A stretch of DNA of 32,000 bases, from NCBI GenBank assembly GCA_000503875.1, contig CP006913.1, forward strand, positions 870,001-902,000, read 5' to 3'. The position numbers and the translations under genes are program-made. This stretch comes from Candidatus Saccharimonadota bacterium (GTDB lineage Bacteria > Patescibacteriota > Gracilibacteria > Absconditabacterales > Absconditicoccaceae). Position 1 is the stretch's first letter, and the number at the start of each line of letters is the position of its first letter. Shown piece after piece: positions 28,821 to 32,000 of this stretch. The notes beneath the pieces are model-generated. The model had not been told where the DNA came from, made no database searches, and saw only the letters and a program-made list of their open reading frames with translations.

Positions 28821-29417
28821 ATGGAAACAGCATCAATCACCTTAGAATCTCCTATCCAAAATTTTGAATTTGAAATGTACAATCCACAAACAGACAAAAG
28901 TGACAAAAAAATGTTTTCAGATTATGAAGGAAAACGAACTATTTTAGTATTTTACCCAGCAGATTTCACCTTTGTTTGTCCAACAGAACTCAAAGATTTA
29001 TCAAAAATATATAGCAAAATATTGGAAATAAACGTCGAAATATTTGTAGTAAGTACCGACACTATTTTTTCTCACAAAAGACGAATAGAAACAGAAAGTT
29101 TACTTAAAGATTTCAAAATTCCAATGATCAGTGATAGGACTGGAGAAATAACAAAGTACTTCAATATTCGAAATGAAAAAACAGGAAATGCAGAAAGAGG
29201 AACCTTTATTATTTCTCCAAAGGGCATATTGAAATCAATCGAAATCAGTACAGAATCAGTAGGGAGAAGCGCTCAAGAACTTCTTAGAAAAATGGAAGCC
29301 CTTCATTTTATAGAAGAAAATCCTGGTCATGCCTGCCCAGCCAGCCGAAATATCGGACTCAAATCACTCAAACCATGACTCGATATCGCTGGAAAAGTTT
29401 GAGAAACACTAGAATAA
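28821..29417 (+). CDS. ahpC: Typical 2-Cys peroxiredoxin (AhpC/Prx1 family)
   Basis: ATG 28821, TAA 29415-29417, 198 codons, 2 TGA. GK(CGA)[17 protein letters not shown] carries the peroxidatic Cys and HACPAS(CGA)N the resolving Cys, with CGA at both canonical Trp positions. Confidence 0.85.
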
Positions 29418-29461
29418 AAGCTAAGCAAACAACCGACTATTAGGCTATTTTCAAAGAAAAA

Positions 29462-29483
29462 AGTCCTCCCTTGAGGGAGAACT
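29462..29483 (-). terminator. Hairpin with T-run downstream of the 29496-29801 gene
   Basis: Stem agt-c-ctccc / gggag-a-act with loop ttga. On the minus strand it is followed by tttttt. Confidence 0.4.
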
Positions 29484-29495
29484 CTACTATAGTTT

Positions 29496-29801
29496 TTAAA
29501 AAAACAAATACTTCGGAGTAAAAGACAGCAAGAGAATAGCTGCTAGAACACCCATCAAAAATAAGGATCCAATCGTCCATAAGGAATACGCCGGTAATGT
29601 TTTATAAGTGTAAAAACCAATACAACAAAACACAATTAAATAGACGAGATTCCAAACGAAACCGAAAGATTCCACATAAGAAGCGACAAAAGGGCGCAAA
29701 ACAAAGAAAGCAGAAGCACAAAAAACAATAAACACTATCGTAGCTATGAAATACACAACGACGTTTTCTCTAGTGTTAATGAGAATAGTTGATTGTTTCA
29801 T
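29496..29801 (-). CDS. Small hypothetical integral membrane protein (101 aa)
   Basis: Intact ORF with three strongly hydrophobic segments and no recognisable domain. Confidence 0.5.
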   Translation of the reverse strand: MKQSTILINTRENVVVYFIATIVFIVFCASAFFVLRPFVASYVESFGFVWNLVYLIVFCCIGFYTYKTLPAYSLWTIGSLFLMGVLAAILLLSFTPKYLFF

Positions 29802-29905
29802 AAGACAAATCCAGACAGCTGCTGCTGTTTTCCACGCCTCTTCGTGGGATCCAAAAAAAACTGGTAAACATATAATAAATATTTATACAATAAAGTCAAT
29901 ACATC

Positions 29906-30934
29906 ATGCAAGCCAACCAAATATTCAATCCATCAGGGAACGATAATCCTCAAGAAAGAACAATTATCAAAGGAAATACGACAGGTCTTTTCAATCTCAA
30001 TAGCACCAAATATGGTTGGGCAAAATCGCTCTACACCATTATGATTGGAAACTTTCGAGTACCTGAAAAAGTGTCCGGACTCAACGAAGATAGTATTCAA
30101 TACAAGGAACTCACCGACAATGAACGCAGAGCCTACGATGGAATTCTTTCTTTTCTTATTTTTCTCGATAGTATCCAAACCGTCAATCTCCCTAATTTTT
30201 CGGATTACATCACAGCTCCAGAAGTCAGTCTTCTTCTAGCAATCCAAACCTATCAAGAAGCTATTCATTCCCAAAGCTATGCAACTATTTTGGAAAGCGT
30301 TGTGGAATCATCCAAAAGAGACGACATCTATTATTTCCGAAGAGACAATCCAATTCTTCTAGAAAGAAACCAATACATCGGACAAATCTATCAAAATTTT
30401 ATGGACAATCCCAATGATGATAATTTTTTCAAAGGTTTAATCTGAAATTTTTTATTGGAAGGCTTATATTTTTACAATGGATTTGCTTTTTTCGATACCC
30501 TTGCTGATCATCAAAAAATGAAAGCTACCGATAGAATGATCAATTATATTCGTAGAGATGAACTTACTCATGTAACCATGTTTACCTATATTATCAAAGA
30601 AATTCAAAAAGAATTTCCTCAAATATTTGATAAAAAAGTAGTATACGATATGTTTCAAAATGCGGTAGAACAAGAGATCAAACGATCACAATTCATTTTG
30701 GGAAACAACATAATCTGAATCAACCATCAGACTACAGAAATTTATACCAAATGGTTAGCCAACAATAGATTGAGCCTAATTGGCCTCGAGCCCCTTTACC
30801 CAGACATCACCGAAAACCCCTACAAGCACCTCGAACGCCTCCAAGACAACAACTCAGAAAAATCTAATTTTTTTGAATCAACAGTAACTAATTATACACA
30901 ATCTAGTAGTATGAAAGGAAATCGAGATTTTTAA
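29906..30934 (+). CDS. nrdB: Ribonucleotide reductase class I beta subunit
   Basis: ATG 29906, TAA 30932-30934, 342 codons, 2 TGA. Di-iron ligand motifs YQEAIHSQSY and RDELTHV. NF(CGA)VPEKV has CGA at the conserved NFWxPEE Trp. Confidence 0.95.
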
Positions 30935-30977
30935 AAAACTATTAGCAATCAAAAATAAAAACTATATATTTTCAACC

Positions 30978-32000
30978 ATGAAACTCCTCAAACAAATCAA
31001 CAAAGCGCTCGCTTACGTGATAATCATTTTTATCAAAATCTACCAATTCACGCTCTCGCCAGATAAGAGCATATTTTTCTTATATCTCAGAGGAAGAGTC
31101 TGTGCGCATCATCCTCACTGCAGCCAATATAGCATCAATGTCCTCAAAAGATATGGATTTTGGCCAGGAATTTTCTATGCTTTTGACAGAGTTTTACATT
31201 GTACACCAAGCATGACCATCAATTACGATCCTGATCACTACAAAATAGTTTTCTTCTCATCAGCTCCTATTGGAGTACCTTTTTTGCAAGAATTAGCAAA
31301 AGACAAAAGATTTGAAGTTGTAGGGGTTGTTACTCAATGCGACAAACCGCAATGAAGAGGTATGGAAACCTGTGAAAATATTATCAAAACTGAAGCCAAA
31401 AAGATATTTCCAAATCAAAACGAAAATTTCATCAATACTCCAACCAAACTTAATCCAGAAAAATCGGAAGAAGGAAAAGAATTTCACAAGCGACTCACGT
31501 CAAAAGAGCCAGATTTCCTAGTTGTGATAGCCTACGGAAAGATCATCCCAGAAAATATTCTTGATATAGCTAAGATAGCCCCTATCAATGTCCATGGATC
31601 AATTCTCCCAAAATATCGCTGAGCATCTCCTATTCAGTCTGTTTTCCTCAATAGAGAGAAATCATCAGGGATAACTATCATGAAAATGGATAAAGGAATG
31701 GATACTGGAGATATGATCGACATCAAACAAACCAAACTCCACTTTGATCGAACTTGCAAAGATCTTATCGAACGAATGAAGTCAGAATGACCAGCATTCC
31801 TAAATGACACCGTTCGAAAATTCGGTAAAAAAGTCCTTGGACACAAAAAACAAGACGATGATAAAGCTACTTATTGTTCCAAAATAGAAAAAGAAAGCTG
31901 ATTAATCGACCCTTACAAGGATTCATTGGAAGAAATTTATAACAAATATCGCGCCTTCTTTCTTCGACCAAAAATTTATTTTATACATAATGGGAAAAGA
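30978..32000 (+). CDS. fmt: YidD-like membrane insertion efficiency factor fused in frame to methionyl-tRNA formyltransferase (3' end outside window)
   Basis: ATG 30978, with the frame open to the window end through at least 4 TGA. The N-terminal ~88 aa is YidD-like (IKIYQFTLSP...CAHHPHCSQYSINVLKRYGFWPGIFYAFDRVLHCTP). Fmt follows: KIVFFSSAPIGVPFL, VVTQCDKPQ(TGA)RG, VVIAYGKIIP, NVHGSILPKYR(TGA)ASPIQ. Confidence 0.8.

Noticed and set aside
1-32000. TGA read as Trp (code 4, Mycoplasma-like) instead of Gly.
   Set aside because: TGA falls on invariant Gly positions (Walker A GxxGxGKT, GGDG, Nudix GG, CoaE GxxGSGKS). Conserved Trp positions are TGG or CGA/CGG, never TGA.
31213-32000. Annotating fmt as a separate gene starting at the internal ATG 31213.
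   Set aside because: That ATG is in the same frame as the upstream YidD-like part with no intervening stop. The sequence alone cannot separate a fusion from a nested start. It is reported as a fusion with this caveat.

Overview
AT-rich bacterial window that only reads correctly with a non-standard genetic code. In-frame TGA falls on invariant Gly positions: Walker A GES-TGA-SGKT in the ABC transporter, GGDG in NAD kinase, and LTVSGQLNGE in AsnRS. CGA/CGG fall on invariant Trp positions: NrdB NFW-VPE, AhpC [20 protein letters not shown] and CPASW, Asn[11 protein letters not shown], NrdA DKW-SDLIKNIKTHG, and Nudix W-ALPGG. That is code 25 (Gracilibacteria/Absconditabacteria, CPR) plus the CGA/CGG-to-Trp change proposed for some Absconditabacterales. 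The standard-code ORF track therefore breaks most genes into fragments. After rejoining the fragments I see about 33 genes. Housekeeping: ileS (partial), recX, asnS, an ABC exporter, hflKC, a coaD-coaE-HD fusion, a yidD-fmt fusion, and nrdA/nrdB with tandem NrdR boxes and interleaved redox genes. There is also a nearly complete NAD salvage set (pncA, pncB, nadM-Nudix, nadE, nadK) together with the regulator NrtR and a recurring ATTGTA-N5-TACAAT operator-like palindrome. The stand-out is a roughly 6 kb block (13.3-19.3 kb) bounded by terminators. It encodes a PP2C phosphatase, a kinase-Zn-ribbon-beta-rich protein, a large nicotinamidase/isochorismatase-like protein, a vWA/MIDAS protein, and a divergent radical SAM enzyme. 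The phosphatase, kinase and vWA genes form a TerY-P-like triad with two extra enzymes. These five genes have no in-frame TGA in about 1820 codons and prefer TGG for Trp. One junction is an ATGA stop/start overlap that only terminates under the standard code. This suggests a recently acquired conflict or signalling module wired into the NAD/nicotinamide neighbourhood. A candidate ~260 nt structured RNA with its own promoter and terminator lies between the nitroreductase gene and bcp. No rRNA, tRNA, CRISPR array, transposase or integrase was seen.
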